Virus record (IMG/VR): IMGVR_UViG_3300032212_000080
Coordinates: 1 to 36,627 of that record
Length of the DNA: 36,627 nucleotides
Direction: 5' to 3' (one strand)
DNA from: a virus
Lineage: Duplodnaviria > Caudoviricetes
Of the stretch, positions 27,550 to 35,465 are shown one piece after another (positions within the stretch are counted from its first letter, which is position 1; each line of letters opens with the position of its first letter). The notes below the pieces were generated by a model. The model saw only the letters and a list, made by a program, of their open reading frames with translations. It had not been told where the DNA came from and searched no databases. Made by a program: the position numbers and the translations under genes.

Positions 27550-28007
27550 GTAGGTTTTCAAGATTTTCCTATGACCCGAACACGGGGGAAATCACAAAAG
27601 ATGGTCGCAGGCGGTTTTGTCAAAAGCACTGCAAGGGATACCTGCAAGGTATGCACGAAAGAAAGAATTACCTAGCCCATAGGGTTGCATGGGAAATCTA
27701 TCACGGCTTTCCGCCATCCTTGGAAATCGATCATATAAACGGCAAAAAGAACGACAACCGCATTCAAAATCTTAGAGACGTAAGCAGGGAAATTAACCGC
27801 AGAAATAGGGCGCTAGCAAGCAACAATACCTCCGGCTTTTCCGGCGTGAGATACCACAAAGACGCTAGAAAATGGCAGGCGCGCATTGATTTGAAGGCGG
27901 AGTCTATTCATCTCGGGTTGTTTAATTGTTTGACCGCTGCCGTTTTGGCTCGGAAATCGGCTGAGCAGCGTCTTGGGTTTACTAAAAGGCACGGGTCGGT
28001 TTCATGA
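27546..28007 (+). CDS. HNH endonuclease with AP2-like domain (homing-type)
   Basis: AHRVAW..IDHING.K.DNRI.NLR and NTSGFSGV...KWQARI...HLGLF motifs. AT-richer than its neighbours. Confidence 0.88.
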   Translation: MSRFSRFSYDPNTGEITKDGRRRFCQKHCKGYLQGMHERKNYLAHRVAWEIYHGFPPSLEIDHINGKKNDNRIQNLRDVSREINRRNRALASNNTSGFSGVRYHKDARKWQARIDLKAESIHLGLFNCLTAAVLARKSAEQRLGFTKRHGSVS

Positions 28008-28339
28008 GCAACCTCGCAGGTAAGCCACCCACGCCCAAGGAAACACGCCAGCCCCGCGACAAGGCCCGACTGGCGGCGGTCGCGGAATTGCCCTGCGTCA
28101 TCTGCCATGAGTGGTGGTTGCCGCAATACAGCCCGACGCAGGTGCATCATTGCATTCACGGGAGGTATTCAACGTCCCGCGCGCCAGATAGCATGACGAT
28201 TCCGCTCTGCGAAGGTTGTCACCAAGGGCTGATGGACACAAGCAAGATCGCGCTTCACGCGGAGCCGAAACTCTGGCGCGAAAAATACGGCAAAGACACC
28301 GATTGGTTGTCGTGGGTTGAGGAGCGGTTGAATGGGTAA
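28004..28339 (+). CDS. Ref/DUF968-like HNH nuclease
   Basis: LPCVIC...QVHH...TIPLC..CHQG motif. Confidence 0.75.
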   Translation: MSNLAGKPPTPKETRQPRDKARLAAVAELPCVICHEWWLPQYSPTQVHHCIHGRYSTSRAPDSMTIPLCEGCHQGLMDTSKIALHAEPKLWREKYGKDTDWLSWVEERLNG

Positions 28340-28886
28340 AAGATCGTCATTTAAGCGCGTCGAGCGTGATTTTTATCCAACGCCACGCGAGGCCGTTTTG
28401 CCGCTTTTGCCACATCTTCCGGCTGACCTCACCTACTGGGAGCCGTGCGCAGGAGATGGGGCGCTGATTGATGCAATATGGGTGGATTCCGGGCAGAATG
28501 AGCGGATTTGCAAAATGGCATCTGATATTGTTCCGGGCAGTCATAACGTCATAACGATAGATGCACTGTCAGTTTCTCGGCATACCGTATCGCACGAGTG
28601 GGGTTGTGATTTCATCATTACAAACCCGCCCTGGGACCGCAAAATCCTGCACCCAATGATTGAGCATTTCTCAGCTATGCGTCCGACATGGCTGCTTTTC
28701 GATGCAGATTGGGTTCACACAAGGCAGTCCGCGCCCTTCCAGCCCTACCTGCGCAAGATCGTCAGCATTGGCAGGGTCAAATGGATTCCAGATAGCAAGA
28801 TGACCGGCAAGGACAATTGTGCATGGCACCTGTTTGACAAAAGTGCGCCGGGAACCACTGAATTTTTCGGGAGGATTGCGCCATGA
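28332..28886 (+). CDS. DNA N6-adenine methyltransferase
   Basis: DFYPTP, motif I EPCAGDG, motif IV ITNPPW. Confidence 0.82.
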   Translation: MGKRSSFKRVERDFYPTPREAVLPLLPHLPADLTYWEPCAGDGALIDAIWVDSGQNERICKMASDIVPGSHNVITIDALSVSRHTVSHEWGCDFIITNPPWDRKILHPMIEHFSAMRPTWLLFDADWVHTRQSAPFQPYLRKIVSIGRVKWIPDSKMTGKDNCAWHLFDKSAPGTTEFFGRIAP

Positions 28887-29275
28887 GCCGCATTGACCGC
28901 GAGGGACCGATACACAGATCTGTCTTGGCCTATCTTCGCGTGGCGCTACCCGGCGCGCTGATATTTCATCCCGCGAATGAGATTGCATCGAAAATACCGG
29001 GCGCAACACAAAAACAGCGGATGCTTGCGCAATCACGCGCAAAGGCAATGGGAATGCTTCCTGGCGTTCCTGACCTTGTGGTGATGTTTCACGGCCAGTT
29101 CATAGCCTTTGAGGTCAAGGCTCCCGGAAACTATCAGCAGGCCAACCAGAAGGCAGTTCAGGCGCTGATAAATGCGAATGGCGGCTATTACTATGTGGTT
29201 CGGTCGATTGATGATGTGAAGGAGGCGTTAGAAGCCATGCCTGGGCTGGTAGAATTGCGCGGGGTGATCGAATAG
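28883..29275 (+). CDS. VRR-NUC nuclease / resolvase
   Basis: FHPANE..GMLPGVPDL..FEVK...Q..Q..VVRSIDD motif. Confidence 0.85.
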   Translation: MSRIDREGPIHRSVLAYLRVALPGALIFHPANEIASKIPGATQKQRMLAQSRAKAMGMLPGVPDLVVMFHGQFIAFEVKAPGNYQQANQKAVQALINANGGYYYVVRSIDDVKEALEAMPGLVELRGVIE

Positions 29276-29330
29276 TCTTGTCAATAAATTTACAACCTTT
29301 CGCTTGCTTTGAAGGGCTGCATCGGCCTAG

Positions 29331-29408
29331 AAAAAGAAGCGGCGGCGGAGGTGCTACCCTCAACGCCGCCCGGCGACACGAAACTTTGGCCAGTTTCCAC
29401 GTGTCGCG
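29331..29408 (-). ncRNA. Candidate antisense RNA with two hairpins and a U-tract
   Basis: GCGACACG/CGTGTCGC stem, then GGCGGCG/CGCCGCC stem, then TTCTTTTT. Upstream promoter TTGAAG-18-TATATC with extended TG. Confidence 0.5.
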
Positions 29409-29461
29409 GTAAAGATATACCACATCTTGTGGGCGCGCTTCAATAGAAACCGGCCTGATTT

Positions 29462-29698
29462 TTGACCATTTGCAAGAAAATGGGAGAGGATTTGCTGGAT
29501 TTCCCGAATAATCCAGACGCTTTGGGCCTCTTTGCCTATGCGACCTACGGGGCGCTAAAGGATTTCCGGGCCGTTCTGGACCAGTGCTTACGCTGCCAGA
29601 CAGAAGCGCGCATATGGGTTGACGTTTTCCCGAACGTGATCGGGGGTCGGGTGTGGGTTCGTGCCTTAAAACGGACAGCGCGTGGATACATAGCATAG
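29462..29698 (+). CDS. Hypothetical protein (start uncertain)
   Basis: The only sizeable + ORF in this gap. Confidence 0.35.
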   Translation: MTICKKMGEDLLDFPNNPDALGLFAYATYGALKDFRAVLDQCLRCQTEARIWVDVFPNVIGGRVWVRALKRTARGYIA

Positions 29699-29790
29699 TG
29701 GGCGGGCAGGTCGCTTTGGCCTTTAGGGTCAACCCGAAGCGGAAAGCGGAATTATGTCTAAACGTCTGAAACTGTAACAAAAAGCGTGAT

Positions 29791-29836
29791 TTGACAAAGT
29801 TTAAAACGCGCGGCATTGTAGAACAAATAACAATGC
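29791..29836 (+). promoter_or_regulatory. Promoter with overlapping dyad
   Basis: TTGACA-17-CATTGT and GCATTGT-N10-ACAATGC. Confidence 0.6.
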
Positions 29837-29847
29837 AGGAGTGATCT

Positions 29848-30141
29848 ATGATTGGCAGTAGATTGAGGGTTGCGCGCGCAAATGCGCGGATGACGCTGCG
29901 CGACGTTGCGCGCGAGTGTGGATGCACACCGCAGGCCGTTAAGAGATGGGAGGACGATTCTGCCATGCCAAACAGCACGAAATTTATTGCGCTGTGTCGT
30001 GCATTAGGTGTTTCGAGCGAGTGGATTATCGACCAGACACCGCTTGACTTTCAAAGCACAGAAACCGCGCCGCAAGGACGTCATGCGAAATACTGGGTGA
30101 GAGAGGCAATTGCGGAGCTGAAGGAGGTTGGGTTTCTGTGA
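29848..30141 (+). CDS. XRE-family HTH regulator
   Basis: IGSRLRVARANARMTLRDVARECGCTPQAVKRWE....P motif, AGGAG RBS. Confidence 0.88.
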   Translation: MIGSRLRVARANARMTLRDVARECGCTPQAVKRWEDDSAMPNSTKFIALCRALGVSSEWIIDQTPLDFQSTETAPQGRHAKYWVREAIAELKEVGFL

Positions 30142-30488
30142 GCGATATTGAAACCCCGGCACAAATGCTGTGCCACTATGCTGATGCTGATGCCGTTGAC
30201 AGCTTCATAGCATACCGCAAAAAGCACAAGCGCGCGACGCTTACAGAGCGCGGCGCGGCCTTACTGGCGAAAACCCTGGCAATGATAAACGCAGACGGCG
30301 GTGACGCGACAGAAGCGCTGGATATAGCGCAAGAACGCGGGTGGCAGACAATCAAGGCGGAATGGTATTGGAGGGATAAAAATGGCAACGGAAATCACGG
30401 CCCGAAATCTGGCGTCACCAACACCGGAGATCAGCAAGGATATGCAGCCGCAGGATTTGCTAGAGCACCGTCAGGGGATTGTTTCTGA
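30138..30488 (+). CDS. Replication initiator C-terminal-domain-like protein
   Basis: FIAYRK..K...LTERGA..L...EALD....RGWQ.I..EW. No N-terminal winged helix. Confidence 0.55.
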   Translation: MSDIETPAQMLCHYADADAVDSFIAYRKKHKRATLTERGAALLAKTLAMINADGGDATEALDIAQERGWQTIKAEWYWRDKNGNGNHGPKSGVTNTGDQQGYAAAGFARAPSGDCF

Positions 30489-30828
30489 GGTTCGCGTTGT
30501 TGTCTTTGCTGGATATGTTCCAACGGAATCGCCTGAAATTGTCACAGCTTATCTGGCATGGTGGGCGGATGAATTGCAGGATTGGACGCGCGAGCAAGTT
30601 GTTTGGGGGCTGCGGAAGTTTAAGCGCGACACGCCGGGCAAGCGGCCAGAACCTGGGCACATCTTAGCAATCCTGAAGCAACAACGCGGGGCGATGGAAG
30701 TTGAGCGAAGTAAGGTAAACCCAGCATCTGCTGACGAACCACGCAAACCTATGACGCCTGAACAGATCGAGCGAATGGCGGAGGCTGGAAACCGAGCGAT
30801 AGCGGCGATGCGTGAGCGAGCGCAATGA
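30382..30828 (+). CDS. Lambda P-like helicase loader/inhibitor
   Basis: WADELQDW....V..GL.......RP.PGHI motif, overlaps the initiator-like gene. Confidence 0.5.
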   Translation: MATEITARNLASPTPEISKDMQPQDLLEHRQGIVSEVRVVVFAGYVPTESPEIVTAYLAWWADELQDWTREQVVWGLRKFKRDTPGKRPEPGHILAILKQQRGAMEVERSKVNPASADEPRKPMTPEQIERMAEAGNRAIAAMRERAQ

Positions 30829-31082
30829 CGCCCAATATCAATCGCACAGCCAAGGCCATCATCGCCCAAACGGCAGACCGATACGGCGTCAAGCCGTCAA
30901 AGATACTGGGGCGCAACAACGCGCGTGTAGCATCCATCCCACGGCAGGCCGCAATGGCCGCAGTTCAGCGCGAACTTGGCTATTCGCTTCCGCGCATCGG
31001 ACGGATCTTCAAGCGGCATCACACAACGGTTTTACATGGCATTCGCGCTCATGAGGCGCGGCAACAGGAGGAAAGAGGGTAA
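30825..31082 (+). CDS. DnaA C-terminal-like HTH protein
   Basis: PRQAAM.....LGYSLPRIGRIFKRHHTTVLHGIR motif. Confidence 0.85.
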   Translation: MTPNINRTAKAIIAQTADRYGVKPSKILGRNNARVASIPRQAAMAAVQRELGYSLPRIGRIFKRHHTTVLHGIRAHEARQQEERG

Positions 31083-31465
31083 TGCAGGTTTTGATGATTG
31101 CAGGCAATGTCGGGAAGGACGCGGTTCTGCGTAACACGCAAGGCGGCGATGCCGTTCTTGGCTTTTCGCTGGCCGTGAATAACGGAAAGGACCAATACGG
31201 AAAAGAGCGGCCCGCGACGTGGTATGATTGCTCGATATGGGGCAAGCGCGCTACGTCTTTGCAAGGTCACATTAAAAAGGGCGACAAGCTGACCCTGACG
31301 GGCCGTCCATCAGCGCGTGAGCACGAGGGCAAAGCATACCTGCAAATCTCGGTCGATCAACTGGCATTTCAGGGCGGCGGCAAGCGCGACGACGCGGGCG
31401 GTTACGAGCCTTCTCAGCAATCCAGTGGCGGCTACGGCGGCATGGATGACGAGATTCCGTTCTAA
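31082..31465 (+). CDS. ssb: Single-stranded DNA-binding protein
   Basis: IAGNVGKDA...FSLAV...W..C.IWGKRA motif and DDEIPF tail. Confidence 0.93.
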   Translation: MQVLMIAGNVGKDAVLRNTQGGDAVLGFSLAVNNGKDQYGKERPATWYDCSIWGKRATSLQGHIKKGDKLTLTGRPSAREHEGKAYLQISVDQLAFQGGGKRDDAGGYEPSQQSSGGYGGMDDEIPF

Positions 31466-31479
31466 TGTAGGATAAAGAT

Positions 31480-31677
31480 ATGAGCGACAAAGAAACCATA
31501 GCCGATCTCTGCAAGCCTCTCAGCGCCAAGGTCATGCCGCGCCGGTCACTGTTCGGATCAGACCACGCGCCCACAACGCAAGAGCACGCACTAGCGATGC
31601 AGCGTTCATCACTTTCAAACAGCATTGGCGCGAAAAGCCAAGCCGCCATGCGAAGGCTGGAAAGGACTAAAGCATGA
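31480..31677 (+). CDS. Hypothetical protein
   Basis: 65-aa ORF in operon orientation. Confidence 0.45.
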   Translation: MSDKETIADLCKPLSAKVMPRRSLFGSDHAPTTQEHALAMQRSSLSNSIGAKSQAAMRRLERTKA

Positions 31678-31699
31678 CGCTTGCAGATGTGTTATCATC

Positions 31700-31894
31700 A
31701 TGAGAACGGTTCAACAGTTGCGCGAGCAGAACGAAACGCAGGCCGAAACAATCAAGCGCTTGAATATCGATAACCTGCGCTTAACCCGCGAGAACGCCAT
31801 CTTGCAGCATATCATTGACCAGATGCGCAAGACGGACGACGCCGTGGCAGCGTCGCAGGCGTGGGAAGAAGCCGAGCGTTACTTCACACAATAA
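31700..31894 (+). CDS. Coiled-coil hypothetical protein
   Basis: MRTVQQLREQN... heptad pattern. Confidence 0.5.
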   Translation: MRTVQQLREQNETQAETIKRLNIDNLRLTRENAILQHIIDQMRKTDDAVAASQAWEEAERYFTQ

Positions 31895-31909
31895 AAACGA
31901 GGGCAGAGC

Positions 31910-32563
31910 ATGAGCATGGCATATTCAAAAGCCGCAAAGAGGCGCGCGAGGAAACTGGCCGGTGTCGATCTCGCAGAAGTGCCGCGCCCGAAGTCTCGCG
32001 GCGGCAAGCGCATGAGGGAACTATCACTAGACGGGCATAAAGGCGTCATGAAAGCTGTAATAGACGCCCGCCTACGGCAATCCGGCATGGCTGACACAAG
32101 GGAGAACAGGAAGGCCGTCAGCGCCCCGCATATGGGCTACAAGATAGGCTTGGTTATGAACCACGCCATAACCGGGCCAGGCAAGCGCGACAAAATCACA
32201 AAGCTGTGGCGCACGTTTGACGATTGGAGCGCGGCGGAATCGGCATACCGGCGGCGCTATGTGGGCCAAAGCGAATACGCCAATAATGCGGCGCTTCAAA
32301 TGTTGCCAGAAAGGTTTGAGGCCGACACATCGCACACCGTTGACCTTCGCAGCGATGAAGAAAAGGACCGGGCCGCAATTAACGGATGGAAGCACTGGCA
32401 AGGCTTATTGGGCCACCTGGACAGAAGCATGTTGGTTGCGCTGCATGATGCGCGATTGGAAAGGGCGGAACTATTCAAGGATCAAAAGCCGACGCCGCGC
32501 GGAATGTATGCGCTGGAAAGCCTAAAGGCGCTGCACAGAATAGTTGCGGAAAGGGCGAAATAA
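31910..32563 (+). CDS. Basic protein at the Q/late-regulator position
   Basis: 217 aa, last large early gene before the late promoter. Function is inferred from position only. Confidence 0.45.
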   Translation: MSMAYSKAAKRRARKLAGVDLAEVPRPKSRGGKRMRELSLDGHKGVMKAVIDARLRQSGMADTRENRKAVSAPHMGYKIGLVMNHAITGPGKRDKITKLWRTFDDWSAAESAYRRRYVGQSEYANNAALQMLPERFEADTSHTVDLRSDEEKDRAAINGWKHWQGLLGHLDRSMLVALHDARLERAELFKDQKPTPRGMYALESLKALHRIVAERAK

Positions 32564-32576
32564 CCGCATAAAGCCC

Positions 32577-32631
32577 TTGATCGGCAGGGCAGATAGCCCT
32601 ATATATAATGTGTCAGAGGGCAATGAAGCCC
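32577..32631 (+). promoter_or_regulatory. Moron promoter with GGGC/GCCC dyads
   Basis: TTGATC-17-TATATA(TAAT), AGGGC-N5-GCCCT and GGGC-AATGAA-GCCC. Confidence 0.6.
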
Positions 32632-32652
32632 ACCAAGTCAGGAGATAGACAG

Positions 32653-32844
32653 ATGAAAATCGTTATTCATGCAGACGCAGACTTCACGCCCAAGGGCAAA
32701 CGCCGCGTGGCAGTTGTTCACAATCTTCGCGGACAATTCGGCCCCGTGACAAGAATCCGCTGGTATGTCAGCGGTAGGATATATCGGTCTCTTAGTCCGA
32801 CAACCCAAAATATCGAAATGAGCAATGATTGGGCCTCGGCATGA
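32653..32844 (+). CDS. 63-aa basic hypothetical protein
   Basis: AGGAGA RBS. Confidence 0.6.
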   Translation: MKIVIHADADFTPKGKRRVAVVHNLRGQFGPVTRIRWYVSGRIYRSLSPTTQNIEMSNDWASA

Positions 32845-32918
32845 CCTACTGCCCATACTGCGGAGAAAAGACGTGGAGCGACGGCAAGGGCTGCGAAGGC
32901 GGCGGGTGCGGTAAATGA
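32841..32918 (+). CDS. 25-aa zinc-knuckle peptide
   Basis: MTYCPYCGEKTWSDGKGCEGGGCGK, ATGA overlaps on both sides. Confidence 0.5.
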   Translation: MTYCPYCGEKTWSDGKGCEGGGCGK

Positions 32919-33091
32919 CACCAGCACAATTCAAAGCAGCCCGCGAAGCCCTTTGCCTCAGCCAGAACGATCTGGCCGAGGTATGGGGCATGGGCAAGAA
33001 TGGCGGACGCACAATCCGCCGGTGGGAATTGGGGGAAATCCCGGTTAATCCAATAGCGGCGTATTGCATAAGGATGATGATCAGCGAATAG
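32915..33091 (+). CDS. 58-aa XRE HTH protein (not in the ORF track)
   Basis: MTPAQFKAAREALCLSQNDLAEVWG...RTIRRWELGEIPV. Confidence 0.85.
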   Translation: MTPAQFKAAREALCLSQNDLAEVWGMGKNGGRTIRRWELGEIPVNPIAAYCIRMMISE

Positions 33092-33093
33092 CG

Positions 33094-33125
33094 TTGACAT
33101 TACCGCATGAACGCGCCAGTATATT
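33094..33125 (+). promoter_or_regulatory. Candidate late (PR'-like) promoter
   Basis: TTGACA-17-CAGTAT(ATT). Confidence 0.5.
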
Positions 33126-33138
33126 CGCAACGCGAAGA

Positions 33139-33168
33139 ATGCCCGGCAAAGGTCGGGCGTTTTTGTTT
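33139..33168 (+). terminator. tR'-like intrinsic terminator
   Basis: ATGCCCGGC-AAAG-GTCGGGCGT followed by TTTTGTTT. Confidence 0.7.
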
Positions 33169-33536
33169 CCGAGGGCATATTCGGGTAGCGCCCGTTTCGC
33201 AGGTCCAGCGCAGGGCTGACAAGCGGGGAAAGACCCGCACATAAATACGGGTCGGGGCCGAAATAGGCCGTCAAGCATGGCAGCTCTGGACGCAGGGCAA
33301 TACCGGGGCCAACACCGGAAGGGAAGCGGCGGTGACTTGACGCATAGCCCTAGCCGCTGCTTACCGCGTTCAAAATATCAGGGGCCAAACTTCCAACGGT
33401 CAACACCGCCGTTCAGCACCGCCATGCGCGCAAGCGTTAAGGTCGCGGCCCCACGTTCATTGAGGCGACTAATGGTGGATGGGTGTCACAGCACAACTAG
33501 AGGGCCAGCACCCGCAAAGCGGACTGGTAAGCACTC

Positions 33537-33941
33537 ATGGCCTTAACCGCAAAACAGGAAGCATTCGCCCTCGCCTATGTAGAAACAGGCAACGCATCAG
33601 AAGCCTATAGACGCGCATACAATGTGGGCGAAGACACGAAGCCAAGCAGTATTTGGGTGAACGGATGCAAAATACTCGCGTCTACAAAGGTTGCGCAAAG
33701 GGTTTCAGAATTGCACGCGGCTGTGCAGGAACGCACACTTGTCACAGTGGAAACCATCACAGCGGAGTTAAACGAAAACCGCTCAATCGCCGCGCAACTC
33801 GATCAACCAGCATCCATGAACGCCGCAACTCTAGGCAAAGCAAAACTGCACGGGTTGCTAGTTGAGAAGACAGACAACAAGCATAGCGGCGAAATCCAAG
33901 TAACCAAAATCGAGCGGCGCATTGTCAGCCCTGATAATTGA
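33537..33941 (+). CDS. terS: Terminase small subunit
   Basis: LTAKQEAFALAYVETGNASEAYRRAY motif, upstream of terL. Confidence 0.9.
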   Translation: MALTAKQEAFALAYVETGNASEAYRRAYNVGEDTKPSSIWVNGCKILASTKVAQRVSELHAAVQERTLVTVETITAELNENRSIAAQLDQPASMNAATLGKAKLHGLLVEKTDNKHSGEIQVTKIERRIVSPDN

Positions 33942-35229
33942 GACAGCTTCGGCGCTTGCGCCATTGCTGGAACCGGCAAGATACAAGGGCGCGCATGGCG
34001 GACGCGGGTCTGGCAAATCGCATCATTATGGGGAAATGACAGCGGAAGACGCGCTGCGCTTTCCTGGTGATCACGGTGAAGGTCTAAGAATGGCCTGCAT
34101 TCGTGAAGTTCAAAAGAGCCTAAAGGATTCAGCAAAGCATCTGATAGAAACCAAGTTGAAGAAATTCGGCTTAGGTGAAGCGCAAGGCTTCAAGGTGTTC
34201 AAGGATGTCATTGAAACGCCGGGGGATGGTCTGATCATCTTTCAGGGCATGAGGGATCATACAGCGGATTCGATTAAGTCATTGGAGGGATTTCACCGCG
34301 CCTGGGTCGAAGAAGCGCAAACGCTGTCGGGAAAATCTTTAGAGTTGTTACGCCCGACAATCCGCACGGCAGGGTCTGAACTGTGGTTCTCATGGAACCC
34401 GCGAAATCCGCGTGACCCGGTTGACAAGATGCTACGCGGCTCGCACATGCCGACCGACGCTATCGTTGTTCAATGCAATTGGCGCGACAACCCATGGTTT
34501 CCTAACGAGTTGGAACAGGAGAGGCAGGATTGCCAATCGACCGATCCAGATAGATACGGGCACATTTGGGAAGGCGAGTATGCGCGCGTTTACGAAGGAG
34601 CCTATTTCGCCAGCCACTTGGAGGCAGCGGAGCGCGAAAACCGGGTTGGCAATCAAGCGCCTGATCCGCTAATATCGAAGCGGGCTTATTGGGACATCGG
34701 CGGCACGAGCCGCAAGAGCGACGCAACCGCGATATGGGTATGCCAGTTCATCGGCAACGAATTGCGGGTGTTGGATTATTACGAGGCTGTCGGGCAAGAG
34801 TTCAGCGAACATGTCGGTTGGCTGCGCCGCAATAATCACGGCGATGCACTATGCAAACTGCCACATGACGGCACGAAGCACGACATGGTTCATAAGGTCA
34901 CGCCGCAAAGCTACCTGCGCGACGCCGGATTTACGGTTCAGGTAATGCCGAACGTCGGGTCAGGCGCGGCAATTAAGCGTGTCGAGACCGCGCGGCGGGT
35001 GTTTCCGTCAATTAGGTTTGACAGGGACAAGACGCAAGGCGGGCGTGACGCGCTGGCTTGGTATCATGAGCGGCGTGACGACGAGCGCGGCATTGGTCTC
35101 GGGCCGGAACATGATTGGTCATCGCACGGCGCGGATGCGTTTGGAGGCATGTGCATCGACTTCCTGCGCCGGGCTGACGATCTGAAATCAAGCAAGCCTA
35201 TCAGGCGCAATCTTAAGGGGTATTTCTGA
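33922..35229 (+). CDS. terL: Terminase large subunit (PBSX-like)
   Basis: Walker A GGRGSGKS, Walker B AWVEEA, SWNP, nuclease motifs WDIG and SHGADAF. Confidence 0.95.
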   Translation: MSALIIETASALAPLLEPARYKGAHGGRGSGKSHHYGEMTAEDALRFPGDHGEGLRMACIREVQKSLKDSAKHLIETKLKKFGLGEAQGFKVFKDVIETPGDGLIIFQGMRDHTADSIKSLEGFHRAWVEEAQTLSGKSLELLRPTIRTAGSELWFSWNPRNPRDPVDKMLRGSHMPTDAIVVQCNWRDNPWFPNELEQERQDCQSTDPDRYGHIWEGEYARVYEGAYFASHLEAAERENRVGNQAPDPLISKRAYWDIGGTSRKSDATAIWVCQFIGNELRVLDYYEAVGQEFSEHVGWLRRNNHGDALCKLPHDGTKHDMVHKVTPQSYLRDAGFTVQVMPNVGSGAAIKRVETARRVFPSIRFDRDKTQGGRDALAWYHERRDDERGIGLGPEHDWSSHGADAFGGMCIDFLRRADDLKSSKPIRRNLKGYF

Positions 35230-35465
35230 TGGCAAGACCCTCGGGCAAAACCGTCTGGCGCAAGATGACAACCGCGCCAAAGAGCAGGCCGATCCTGTTG
35301 CTTGAGCGGGAAGCCTATGTCGATGGCGCGGGCGGGCCGTTCGGGCGCGATCATATCGGGCTGGGCCGGTGGGCCGATAGGTGGGAAATCACTTGGGAAG
35401 AAAATGGGTTGGAATGGGTTGAGGCAGAGCCGGAAGCCTGGGCAGATATCACGGTGGATGACTGA
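35229..35465 (+). CDS. DUF551-like small protein
   Basis: WRKMTTAPKSRPILL...PEAWA, TGATG coupling at both ends. Confidence 0.55.
   Translation: MARPSGKTVWRKMTTAPKSRPILLLEREAYVDGAGGPFGRDHIGLGRWADRWEITWEENGLEWVEAEPEAWADITVDD

Noticed and set aside
29740-29770. dif-like XerCD site (TTATGTCTAAA)
   Set aside because: It resembles only the XerD arm. There is no XerC arm at 6-bp spacing.
33212-33245. Hammerhead ribozyme
   Set aside because: CTGACAA deviates from CUGANGA, and no GAAA follows the stem.
33170-33536. tRNA gene
   Set aside because: No cloverleaf with a T-loop GTTCRA and acceptor stem could be built.
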